Origin: Girardia tigrina
Lineage: Eukaryota
DNA: 64,000 nucleotides
Assembly (NCBI GenBank): GCA_001938485.1
Contig: MQRK01234575.1
Coordinates: 1-64,000, forward strand
Direction of reading: 5' to 3'
The notes beneath the pieces are model-generated. The model was not told the origin of the DNA and made no database searches. It saw only the letters and a program-made list of their open reading frames with translations. Numbering within the stretch: the stretch's first letter is position 1; each line of letters begins with the position of its first letter. A program made the translations under genes and the position numbers. This document shows, piece by piece, positions 45,101 to 59,100 of this stretch.

Positions 45101-48100
45101 ATAACCCTGACCGAGAATCTGGCAATGATTTTTATTTTTAAAACAGATCGAAATTTGGATGAATTCATTTCTCGCACTTATTATTGCTTCATCTCCAATT
45201 TCTTTTGTAGGTATAAAATCATAATTTTGTCTTTTTATAATACATCCATCATAATTATTTTAGAAAAAAAGCAATTAAATCAATACTGATATGTTAGAAA
45301 CATGAATGCAACGCCATCTTCAAAACAGAGTAAATAATAATCATGAGAATAGAAAGAAAACTATTTTTAGGCAGAGAAACCATAGACTGATATTTATAAA
45401 GGAATTAAATTTGATAAAATATTGGTTTAATTATTAGTAAAAAATAAATATTTAATATTTCTTCATAATGAAACAGTCAAGATGAGAGGAAGCAAAAAAT
45501 AGAATTTGAGAAAAAAAACTTTTTCGACGATGTAAAATATGAAGAATTTATTATTAGAATAGGATGTAGCTGGAATAGGAAAGAATATATTCATCAATGA
45601 TACAACGAAGATTATTGAGTATTCTCAAAAGAAATTTTTCGATTTGGTTCAGAAAATTAGGAATAAATGAATATTTTATTTCAACAAAAATAACCACTGT
45701 ATCACATTTCAAACCAGAAGTATTATTGAGCATTTTTATTGCATTAACCCAGATGATTTCAGGATACAGAATCAAACAGTAAAGGTAAGATTGATAAAAC
45801 TCAAGTAAAAAATCTGAGCAATGACAATTTAAAAGTGACATCGAAATCATTAGAATAAATAAGAGATTCAATAAAAAGTATCAAACATTGTAATGTACTA
45901 TATTAACATGAATATACAGTGTCGCTCAAATTAATCCGTCAGTACATTTTTTTTCATATTATTTAAATTTGTACAAAATTTACCAAACCAACCATTCTTG
46001 AAATTTTACATGTAACTAACTTAAACATTGAGTTAATTTATCACTAAAAATATCTCATAAAAAATAAAAATTGAAATATTTATGTAAGATTTTCAAAAAA
46101 ATTGGTTGCTCAATTTAATCCGTCATTGCGTCATATCAATAAAATATTATCATTTCTGTAAAAATTTATTAAATTATAATTACATTATTGTTTAAGAAAC
46201 CAAGACAATGAAAATCCTAATAAAATTTTATTAGAAAAAGACAGATCGAATAAGGGTTATTAATATTTTATGGGTCCTCCTTTTGCATCAATACAAGCTT
46301 GAATTCGTCGAGGCATACCCTCAATGAGACCATGACAAGCAGCCTTAATGTCCGGATCATTGCTCCATATATCTTTTATTGTATTTATGAGTTCTTCTTT
46401 GGTATTTATATGCACAATGTGAACTTTTCTTTTGACAAAAGCCAATAAATTCTCTATTGGAGAGAGATCTAGGCTATATGGAGGCCATTTTAAGACAACA
46501 ATGTTCTGGCTTTCTAAAAATGAAGTCACAGACTTGGACTTATGACACGGAGCATTATCCTGCTGAAAAATATCAATCCCAACTGAATGGCGTTCATTCA
46601 TTAGGGGTAACAGGTTCTTTTTAAGGATATTTATGTACTTTTCTGAATTCATGGTTCCTTCAACTATTTCTAAGGCTCCTGTTCCATCTTTTGAAATGCA
46701 GCCCCAAACCATAATTCGTTTAAGAAATGGTCGATGTTGCCTTGTGTGTTCATTTTGAATTAGTTGGCCTTTTCTTTTTCTTATATATTGTGCTCGTGGA
46801 GGATATATATCAAAAGTAGATTCATCTGAAAAAAGAACCTAAAATTTAATGAAAAAAATTATTATGTAATATAACCATTATTTATTCTCCCTTCTTCCAA
46901 AGAAAAACAACCCACTTTTCGTACAATTTACACCATTTATATCGTACATCTTTTTGGCGCTTAGACAGTGAAGGTGATATTAGAGGTCGATATGAAGATA
47001 AACCACTTCTTATTAATGATCGTTTGATGGTATTAAGACTCACATTCATGGCATTCAAACCAACAGCAGTTTTTATTGTCCTTGAGGTTGCTTTAGGATT
47101 TATCAAAGCTTGCTTCGCGAGTGCCCTGTCAATTCGATCAGATAGTTTTCTTTTTCTACCACATTTTCCATTTCATTGCGCTCCAATTTGATCGGTTTCT
47201 TTGTATCTTTTTATGATACCCGATATCGTTGATCGATGGATATCAGTATCCAATGAAATTTGAATCTGTGTCTTCTTCTCATGATATTTTTTAATAATTA
47301 TTTCACGGATAGATAGTGGTGTATCCATAAGGGCAGAATCTTATTAAATAATATAAATGATCAGTATCATGTATAATAAAAAAACAAAATTTTATTGATA
47401 TGACGTAATGACGGATTAAATTGAGCGACACTGTAAATCGGTTTTATAATTACTTTTCGAAAATCTGATATTTTGATATTATAAACCATCAAAATCTATT
47501 AAAACTATTTTCTAGTCAGGATAGGGGTTATTTAAGTTTAATGCAGCTAACATGGACCCCTTGTCTAAAATTTACAAAAACTTCGATATGGTCCCTTATT
47601 CATCCCTGTAAATTTACATCACTAATCTAAAATGTGTAGTACGATTGACATTTTCCTTTTGAAGATTTTCATCTTTTGTGATTAAAATATAAATTCTTAA
47701 ATACAATATCAAATTAAAATGACTCAGTATAAAAAAATCAGAGTCAAATTATCAAAAAAAGTTACAAGTAAATTTTTAAATAAAATAAATATTTGATCGT
47801 TTTAAATTAATGTATTGAAACAAAATAATGAATGCACCAGAACTTTAAATGTTTAATTAAAAATTAAGATAATTAAAATTATTTCCGTAGTTTTTTAGAT
47901 AAAATAAAACATCGAAATATTTGACATGAACATAAGCGGTGTTCAATCAGTGACAGGTCCGCTGCCCTGGGATGATGGGGCGACAGGTGGAAAACACAGT
48001 GACAAGCGATTGTAACTACGGCCGTTAACATCACTAATCAGCCATGGTACCTTATACCGCCACACATCACCCACATTAACTGCATTTCACCAATCAATAA

Positions 48101-51100
48101 ATCGATAATCAGTCGATTATTATTATCATTGATTATATAAGTATTACTTTGGTATTTTTTTATTTATTTATCATTTTACATGTTCAAAAAAAATTTTTTT
48201 TCCGAATTTAGATAAGATGTATTTTACAAACCGTAATCTTACCGATTTAATTCTCTTTTCCCAATCTTCACTGTTTCCTTTGAGCCCAGAGATTATTTCT
48301 CCAATTGTTTCTTGGAGTTCTCTATTGCTGGAGAGCTTGAGGAAAAATTACGTCATTTCATGTAACGAATTATAATTCAATAGATTACGCTTAAAAATCA
48401 GAATTGTTTATTTATTATATATTATTTTGGATTCATTTATTTACTATATTTATTGTAAATTATGTAACAAAAATAAATAATTATTTCCAACTATATTTAT
48501 TATTTATTTAGATCGATTGAATAACAGAATCAAATTTGTATTATTTTTGTGTTGACAGATGTAAATCTGAAATTGTGCAGTCTAAATAAAATGAAACTAA
48601 ATTCTGAATATGTTAAAAAAATTAAATAAAAAAAGTAATTAATTTATGAGTCATTTTAATCATTTGTAATTAATAAAAGTAATTAGTCTTCTTTAAAGCG
48701 CTATAGGAACTCGGTTACTTTAAATCGCAGGCTGCAATTCGCGTAACTTACTCATTCCACAACGCAACCGCTGACCGATATCCAGACTGCAGCTACCACA
48801 TGTGGTCAATTCTGCCGAGGTGACAGAACTCGCTCACCCATTCTATGACTTTGTCACCACACATCACTTGCGATATTCCACTCCCCGAGACATCAGTTAG
48901 GCACATGACTTTCGTCTTAGATGCACTAATAGTCAACCCGAATTCTGAAATTGTGCTTCGAAGTATATCAAGGTTATTACATGCACGATCAATATCAGAG
49001 TCGATGATACATAGATCATCCGCATAAGCAAATCTATTGACTTGTAATTCGTCACCGTACTCGTCGATTAAGATAATTCCTCCCCCGAATCATTTCAGTA
49101 TCGCTGTTTTGATAACTTCATCGAAGACTAAATTAAAAAAAAACAAGGTCCCAACACACATCCCTGTCTGACACATCTTTCCATGAGAAACTCACGATCT
49201 CCCACAGAGGCAATAAAGCTCTCATGGAATTTCTTGATCAGGTAGAGAACCTTGTCGGTCAAGCCGAATCTTTTCAGGCAGGTCCACAGAACTTCACGTG
49301 GGTTACTATCAGCAACGTGTTTACATAGCCAAAGCTCTACAGAATCACGGTACGAGGGATCATGACTGGAGCGTGGCCGTGCACTGAAAGCTCGCATTCT
49401 TGCATCTAAAGCCGTGCAAGAAAGTCAGTAGGCTCTTTATTGTCTATTTTTGGTTTCTACCCGATACAGAGTCTATGACTCACTACCCTGTACGCCAATG
49501 TTGGTACTATAGTCTCTACAATACTCACTTATCCGTTCAGTTGGGGGAGGCTTATTTAAATAAAAAAGTAATTATTGGAGAAGTGTCATTAAACCATTTG
49601 ATTTGAAACGCAAGCACAATACTAACTATATCCTTATAAATGTGGAAAGAAATGGGAAAATTTTCATCGAAATAACAGTTATTAACTTTTTTATTATGGG
49701 TTATTATGTTACAAAAATGTTTAATATATTCATTTATACCAATTAATTATAAATTTTTGTAGAACTGTATCAAATTATAAAACATGTTTTAGAAAACTAA
49801 ATAAAGTATTATAGATATTAAAAAATAAATGAAAGAAGTAAACAGAATATATAGTAATAAATATTATAGTGATAAATTTTAGTAAAGAAGAGTACAAACA
49901 GTACTTCTTAGAACATTTTATTACAATAATTCAGTAAATATTTTACCTCAACAGTGATAAATTTTTAGTAAAGAGTGTATACAGTACTTCTTAGAACATT
50001 CATTAATACATTATATAAATGAACTGTTAGTGGTATTCATTAAAGTTTTAATTATTACAAAATTAACGGTCATTGAGAAGTAGCTCAGTGTTAAATTAAA
50101 AGACATCTGCACTTTTAGCATAAGACTATCTGTAATTGTCGTTCAAATACAATAGAATAATGTATCATGGGACATCCCAATCCTACTTTAGCACCATCTC
50201 CTCATATTCCAATAGAATAATTTAATATGAAATCACAAAGAAAATATGAAAACACAAGAGGATACTTGAATTAGTTAAACAAAATGTGTTTCAAGAAGGA
50301 AAATTTGTAAATAATGTTTTTTGACAGGGATGCGTTTGCCTAGATCACAAATGTTTCATTTTACCGTTTTTATGGGACAAGAACAAGTTTAATTCACTAT
50401 TAGTAGTGTGATTGGAGAAAAAGTACCTTATTTTCCAAATAACTTTGAACGATTAATGGATTTGAATTCTTTCTAATCATTATGAATCATTCCTTTAGTA
50501 TTCAAATCTTATTGAATGAATGGCACGGAAAATTTTGATAATCTTAATGATCCACTTTTACGGATTTTAAGTCTTGGTGAAATTCCCTTTTTAGAATAAA
50601 AATGCCGTCATTCGTGTAAACAATTATATCTCATCCTGGTTATGTAAACAAAGTGTTTAAGATTTTGCCTAACCATAAAATCTTATTTTGAGTATCCATC
50701 ATTATCTGTATCAAGTCATTAATAGAAATAGGAACTTGATTGATTATCTGAATTTGTTTAGATGATCTGTTTCTGTTTAAGTTTTTTGATTTTTCCGAAA
50801 TGAGATATAAACATGACATAATAGAAAATAAAAATCCAGATAAAATGGAAATAGTTTTTAATTATTTCTGTTTAATTTTGATACTTGAAAATATATAAAA
50901 ATCCCACGTATTTTAAATGAATTAGGCTCTACGTCAAAACCCCCCAGACATATACCCCGAAACAAAGAACCTCCCTTACATAAATCTTACCGGTCAAAAA
51001 CGTTCAATAAAAAAAACTCCCTGATAATATATCCCCCTTGTTAGGAATTTTTTATGAAAGGTTTTTTTAAATTTTTGAAATAATAATTGATATCAAAGTG

Positions 51101-54100
51101 TCATTTTAAAATCAAAAAAAATCAAGAACTAAATAAAAGTTATATTAACTATGATAAAATTTCGTAAATTTAAACTTTAAAAAATGAAATTAGTTAATTG
51201 TCAGAAAGTAAAAAGAAGTCAAATGGATTATTAATACTATATTTATTTTTATTATACCGGTTTGAGATTTATTGAGTAAATAGTTCCTCAAAAGTAAAAA
51301 AAATAAATGAATTTAATTTCGATTAAATTTGTTTAAATAAAATGTTTTAGACATTTTTTGCAGAGAAATAAAATTTGAAAAGTGATGTTGGCTTCTAATA
51401 TCGATAGCGTGGAAGATGTTCCAAAAACATCTAACACCCCTTATTCAATAAAGTTTCAAAATAATCATTTTATAATATTATAATATTTTTAACACAATAA
51501 AAATAACCTTTACCAAAAATTTATTTGAATAAACAAATTTATATCATATTTATTTGATCTCTATTCAGTAAAAGATAGGTTATATGCAATCCCACGTAGG
51601 TAGCCCATAATCATATGATCACTGTAATTGCGAACAATATTGATAATACCTGAATTTGAATCTGTGTTAATAATAGTTTTCTCGGATTTTGTAACGGATG
51701 AACGGCTAACATTTGAATACATTATACTTGCTGCAATGCTTGTTCTCTTTGGAGAAACCCAATGAACTTCCAAAATGTGGGGACAGAACTTCCGACATTG
51801 GACTGGAAACTTCTGTACCAACCTTCTACCGAATTATTCGTTCTTAGTAATTGATCTCCACATCGTTGATACATAATCCACACATTAATGGGATAAATTG
51901 GCTGTCGTCATCCATGGGATTGAGGTCTTCAGATATAACAATCATTAAAATAATCTACGACTGATATGCTTTCCTGGTGGTAAAATTCATATAATTCTTC
52001 AAAAGCATTGACAACTTCATATGTCGGAACGAATGTAAGAGCCGGAACCATTCTTAATTTCAGTGCAAAATCGGAATATTTTATTAACGTTGTTGCAAAC
52101 CATTCACTTGAATTTTGCAGTAAATGTTCTGATTTAGATGAAAGAAGCATCATTTTGTTTCACTGTCACGGAAAATTCTTTCTAAACTGTTTATAACTGA
52201 AAATTCACGATCAACCATTATGGTCATTAGCTTCTAATTGAGATTCAGCATATTTAAGGTCTGAAACATTTTAATGTATGTTTCTTTTGTTTTATTTAGC
52301 AGTAATGCATAAATACGTGGAATGGTTTGCCCATTAACTAGTACATTAATCGTGTACAATCTGAAAAAAAAGATCAAGAGCCGTTTTAAAAGTTCCATCT
52401 TTAAATCAGAGATATGATATTTCCAAAATTTTCCCAAGATTGTCGGATGTTCCAAGGATTAATATTCTGTTTTTATCATCTGTACCGAAATCAAACAAAA
52501 GAAAATGCTGGCCATCACGAGTTACTTTGAAACGATCTAGAATTTCGATTTCATTAACATTTGAAGGAATATGTAATGGGTTTTTGACAGCTTGACGGTG
52601 ATGTCTGACATTGCGACGCAAATGATTAACAGTCAGCCATTTGGTTTTTATATCTACACTGACTTATAATTTGCTGCACCGCTCATTCATTTAATTCTGC
52701 AAGTCTTAATTTGTTCAACAACTTTAACTAGCCTAGTTGAGCTGCATGTGAACCATGAGAATGATCGTTGAATCTTCCCACAACTTCTTCGCCACGAAGT
52801 TTAATCTTAGCTTTACATTCGGCATTAATACGTCTTCCCTCACATTCAAATGATATAACAACATTTCTTAAATGTTTATGTTTGACATAAATATAACCTT
52901 CTAATATCACTTTAACTTGTCCTTTTTTAGAATATACAATTCCCATTTACATAATAAATCTTTTACTGTTATCTATATTGTTATAAAAAGATTTATATTT
53001 TCATACTTTTTATTACAGAACTAATAAACTTTATTACTTAATTAACAAATTGGGTCTCTATTGTTGGTGTAGTGACCCAGTCAATTCTTATATATAAATT
53101 ATGTATAATAAATTACATATATAAATTTACTAAAAAATAAATCGATTATAAAAATCGACGAATAAAAATTTGATAATTTAAAGTTATCTGTCCTGGACTG
53201 AATTTTGATCCTATCATTAGTGGTGTTGTTTGGACCGTTCTATAATTTATCAACTTAGCTGAGCGAAGTATGATCGAATCGAGACTCAGTCATCTAATTG
53301 TCGAATCGTATCCTATTGCCGGATAATATCTTATCAATTTGCCGAAAATTAAAATTGTAATCATCAAACATAGAACATCCGTCATCTTTCAATTACCAAA
53401 ATAAATATTAGAAGAAACGAGACAAAGAATAACTCAAGTTGTGTTGTCAAGGAATAATAGAATCATCGATTTGGCATGTTACGTCTTCGCCAATTACTGT
53501 GGTATTAAAAATCTTATATACAACTTGGATTCAAGCATGTTTTTATTATTTAATATAGTTTAATTAAAATTATTTTTTTTATTTCTATTTATATAAATAT
53601 TTTGATAAAAGAGTTAATCGAAACATACGTCTCAATTAGCTCTTTTACAGTTGGATCTCTATTACTGCTTTTTGCAAGGAAGGATTGATGTTAGGGGGTT
53701 TTGTCCAGGGGTTTTTTGACCTATTCCAATGAATTGATATTCCACGTCGAGAATCGATAGTTACATATTATTTAATTATATTTCCAGTCTATTGAAGTAA
53801 CCACTATTACCAAAAGCATAGAAAAACTTTTAGTAGTATTACTTTAAAATGTTAGGTACATTTTAAAAAGGTATTTGTTTATGAAACAAGATATAAAATA
53901 AACATTACTAATATATTGTACTCCCCAATTAATAATGAAAAGTCTAAACATGTTGAGTATATGTTTAATGATAGAGAAAAACTCAAAAACATTAGAATAC
54001 AATATTACATCTAGAAGAAGATATTTTTTTCGCATCCTTTTTGAAATATTAAGTGAATGCATCTGAAACTCATTAAGCAGGAGACATCATTTGTGATCTT

Positions 54101-56015
54101 TCTTTTATTAAATACAATAGATTTCATCAAGTGGCATATCCTAACTGGGTCAATGACACTAAGTGCAAGTTCACATAAATGCCAAAGAGACATTGATTAC
54201 TAATGATTAACAAAAATTAGAGCAAATAGAACTCATGATTTACATAGAAAAATAAAACAGTGTATTAATAGGTTGGTTAATGATCGTTTTTTATACTTCA
54301 AAAGATGTAATTTTACTAACAAACTGAATTGATTAATAATATAATTTTCATTATTAATTATGACGTTCAATGAGCTTTTCAATGCTTTGGTGGAAGAAAT
54401 CTGGTTTCGGTTCTAAACATTCGTTCAACCAAGCAATTAATGTTACATCAGTTTTGAACGAAACGCTATACATATCATTTTTAAGTTATCGAAAGAGATA
54501 TTAATCGGAGGATTTAAGTCAGGAGATTACGGTCGGTACGGCATAACTTTCCAGCCAAGTCTGTCAATAGATTTCTTTGTTAAATTGACTATGTGAGGAC
54601 GGGCATAGTCGGGTTGCAGAAGAACGTCATGATACCGATAATTTCATTTGTGATGAATATTGGTGTTGAATCGTTAATTTGTAGGACCTAAAGTTTCGCA
54701 CATAGTTCCGTTTAATTTGTAGTAGTAGTGGATTATGCTTTCCTAATACCAAACAATGCAAAACATAATTTTATGTGGGTGGAAGTGTTGTTTTACTTGC
54801 AGTGTTCTGAGTAAATACATTACTTGTATTACTTCATATTGCCATATAAGCTCCCTTTTTCTTGGCAAATAACAATTTGATAAAGGAATCTTTCCGAGTG
54901 TCCATGTTTTAAGCAAACTGTTAAATATTGTGAATCGTTTATTATTGTTATTTTTGTTCAAACATATGAATATTTTCTATCGAGTGAATGTGATTTTCAC
55001 CTTGTCATTTTGCAAGAACCTTAAATTAATAAAAAATAGAAAGAAGTCAAGTGCAAACTGCTCATTTGAAGCCGAAATTACTATTATTGATATTCGAGAA
55101 CCAATTTCTATTCGTTCTTTCATGGATATCCACTCCGTACACCTTATAATATTTTAGTGCAGCTTTCGCAACTAAAAAAATCTTTATTAAACGCAAAATA
55201 AAAGGCTATCGAAAATTCTCATTTTTGTTTATTTAATAGCTCATTTCAGTAACCTAAAATAATAATAAATCTTAAATAAACGAAAAAAAACAAGAAATGG
55301 TATCTTGTAGATGAGAAAATTCTTTCAAAATCAAATCAATGTGACAAAAAAAATTCAAAACGTTATTTTAAATATAAAAATGATCATGGCAAACAAGTAA
55401 ACTTAATAACGAATTTCAAAAATTTATCTTATAAAAGCCCAAGTCACTCACTGCCTGCCTCACTGCCTCACTAACGCTGTAAGGTAAATTTTTGAAATGA
55501 TTTTATAATCAATAAAGAAATGATTGTATATATCAGTCTAATTGTTTTATAATATAATTTTTTAAGATCAAAATAAATAATTTTTTTTTGACTTGGGCTT
55601 TTATAAGATAAGATAAATAAATATTAGACTGATATTAGAATGAATGCGATTTTTGTAACCGTAATTTCTTNNNNNNNNNNNNNNNNNNNNNNNNNNNNNN
55701 NNNNNNNNNNNNNNNNNNNNNNNNNNNNNNNNNNNNNNNNNNNNNTCGAAACACTGAAATTTTCAATAAAAATGCTTTCAGAAAAAAGTCGCGTGATCTA
55801 ATAACATTGAACCCCCGGCAAGAGAGGGCCGCGAAGCGGGCCGAGCGCGCTAGTATTTAATAAAAATGCATTCATATTTATAATAGGATATTTTTAAAAC
55901 AATAATTTACCTCTTTTGTTTCAATACTCGCAAAATAATTGTAAAAAAAGTCTTCATCGACTGCCCCAACATTTCCTATAATACTATAAATTAAAACTAA
56001 TTGTACATATAAACA

Positions 56016-56063
<48 letters not shown>

Positions 56064-56113
56064 NNNNNNNNNNNNNNNNNNNNNNNNNNNNNNNNNNNNN
56101 NNNNNNNNNNNNN

Positions 56114-56152
<39 letters not shown>

Positions 56153-59100
56153 CATTATGATTCATAAACGGTTCTAGGAAAAAACTTCACAAGACAAAAC
56201 ATCCCATGACAAAACATCACACGGACAAAACATAACAGGACAATATATCACAATTGCCAAGCATTAAAAATGAAATTATTACAATATATTTTAAAAATTT
56301 AAATGTTAACACATTGTGATCGGGCAGTTTTCGGCCGCGTACTAGTGTTGGTAACGGGTGAAAGGTTTTTACCTGCATGGCTACAACCCTACAGACGCTG
56401 TATAGCGAAAACTCAAGTATATTGGAACCCGTATTTTAACGTAACCCGCGTTCCACTAACAATCTATCAAAATAAAAAGAAAATCAAGACCGAAAAAAAT
56501 TGAAGCTTAAAATACTTTTAGTTACAAAGGAAATGACTTTTTGAGTTCAGTACATAATTTTATGGACTCAGAAATCATTAGAAATTTAATATTGAACATG
56601 AACCATTGTTTTCTCAACTATTATAAGAAAGACAGTTTTACAGTAGATAAAAATGCCTATTCGTCAGTCATTATTTAATAATTTTCTTAGAAAATTCAAC
56701 TATTTACATTTTAACGACAAAAATCTCTAAAACAAATGCATTTTAATACATATGTAGGAGAATATGAAGCTCTTGTTTGTGCGACCTCCCACGTGTCTCG
56801 GTGACTTTCACCAGTGATTCATTAATCACAGAACTATTACAGCATGTTTCCTAGTCAACACGGATGGTGCCTCATTAAATAAGTAAAATGTTTTGAAATT
56901 TGATTAAAGAAATATTTGAAATAGTATAATATAAGAATATATTATTTAAAATTATCTTTAAGATTCCAAATATTTTAATAAATATTAAATAAAGCTAATT
57001 TTAGAGAGTTCCTATAGGACAGGAGTGGGCACACTTAAACTTTGTACGATCGACTAAAATTTTTATTACTTAACTGCGATTGACTAAAATTTTTAATATT
57101 TAGCTGCGATCGACTCTTTAAGAAATGAGAAAAAATAACACAGTATATTTATTAATGTTATTATAATGTAAATGTAATAAATGTTGTGAAAATGTCTTCT
57201 CGCGTCGTACCTTTCATCGGAAGAATTGATAAAAATTCATCTTTTGTCGAAATATCGGAGAATATCATTCTTATAAACATAATTAATAGTACAGAATCAA
57301 TGTCCTCAGGTGATTAGTCAAACTGTAATGAAAAGAAGCAGCAGTTTTTTATGTGATCTTCCAATTACTGAGTTACATTACCACTCATATCTTCATTACG
57401 TCGGCAAGAAAGTTGCAAATCTTTATTTGCATTAAGTATTTTGTTTTTATTTTTAAAGTTGTTAAATAATTTTTCACTGCTCTCAAGGAAAGCTTCCATC
57501 ACGAAAACTTCAACATCACGATAATACTTTTTATGTTTTCCTAAAACATAGTAGATCGCATAAAATGCTTCAGTGGCTAACTTAGATTGTCTCTAAGACT
57601 TTTGAAGTATAAGATGCTGTGCGGTTAATTTTAATACATGAATCAACACCAAATTTTTGAATATTCAAACAAGATCCAATATCATTTTAATTGCCATGAA
57701 TTTAAACTTTAAATATATTTTAATTTTAAACGTTGAATTTTGAGTCTTAATTTGAAATCTTAATGAAAATTTGTGTATTTCTATGTCATTTTTACGATTC
57801 TTTTTACTCAGATAAATCTATTGTTAAATATTTAAAATTTATCTGAAAAAACATCTGCGATCTACTATCAAACAGCTCGCGATCGACCGTTTGCCCACCC
57901 CTGTTATAGGTGTTGTTCGGGATAATACTTTTGTAAATGAAAATTAAGAAATTAACTATAGAAATGAGGAAAAGATAGTTTGAAATTTCAATTAATTTTA
58001 TGGATTAATAGCGATAGTTTAATATTGAAGCTGCTAGTTTATGATCAATAATCATTCAAATGATACTTGAATAAAGTTACATAAAATTGAAATTTCGAAA
58101 TTAATATTTGATGGATTAATATAAAAGATAGATTTACTGATATTTGAAATTAAAAAATGTTAGTGTACTTAGACAGAATAAATGTGCATGTAAATCAGAT
58201 CTACCGCTATTCTGCTGACTTTATACTATCCATTTGATGAATAAATAATGATTGGTTCCCAGGAGCGGTGGAGTATAGAATGAAATTAAAACGCAATATT
58301 ATATGCGAGGATTAGCACCTACGAAATATCTTTTGATTATCGAATATATATAGAAGATTCGGTAAAATTTATAATAATGCTTTAATAGACTGAGGTTATT
58401 TCTAAGGTAATTTTAGTTCTTTAAATCAAAGAGTACTGAATAGATTGGGATATTTTCTACAGTGGCTTTTATTTACTGAAGTAAACAGATGGATTAATCA
58501 ATGAATTATTTTTACTGTCTGTTAATACTTTACGGTAAGTAATAATTTTTTGATATCGTATTACGTTGTTACTCCTATTTGTCATCATTTTAAATGTTTT
58601 TTATTTTTATTCTTTTATAAATCTAACATAAAATTCTAAAAGGATAATATAGATTGTTATATTGAATCCGATCAGGATCAATATGAAAATACCTTAATAT
58701 TAGTAAGATTAAACTTATAACAGAAATCAAATTTTCAGTGTTTTTAAAGTAATTTTGCATCAGTTTAGAATCTTATGGAATTTCTAATTTCGATTTTATA
58801 CGATAGTGAAATAAGTTCCAATAATTCATCAAACTTCTAAAACACCAACCGATAATTTCACAATTCCGTAGGAACAATTTGAATAAACTCACATCATTCT
58901 TTTTGAATTGATAACATAAAAAACTGTAGCTTTTGCAAAAATACTAATTCATTATAATAATAAGAAAAAATGTATTAACAGTATCCACTAAATGTCCTGT
59001 ATATTTTTAAAGAACTGAACATTAATATATTGAACTTTGTGACCCTGAACACATTATATCAACTTTATTATTATATTTTCTTCATAATCAACAAGTTTTA

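Noticed and set aside
55878-56165. 95-aa YIYI ORF
   Set aside because: Artefact of (TA)n and the N gap; only 55911-55975 is real coding sequence.
56170-56252. About 15-bp GACAAAACATC repeats (similar at 9595-9685) as a CRISPR-like array
   Set aside because: Eukaryotic context and no unique spacers; typical subterminal repeats of MULE-like MITEs.
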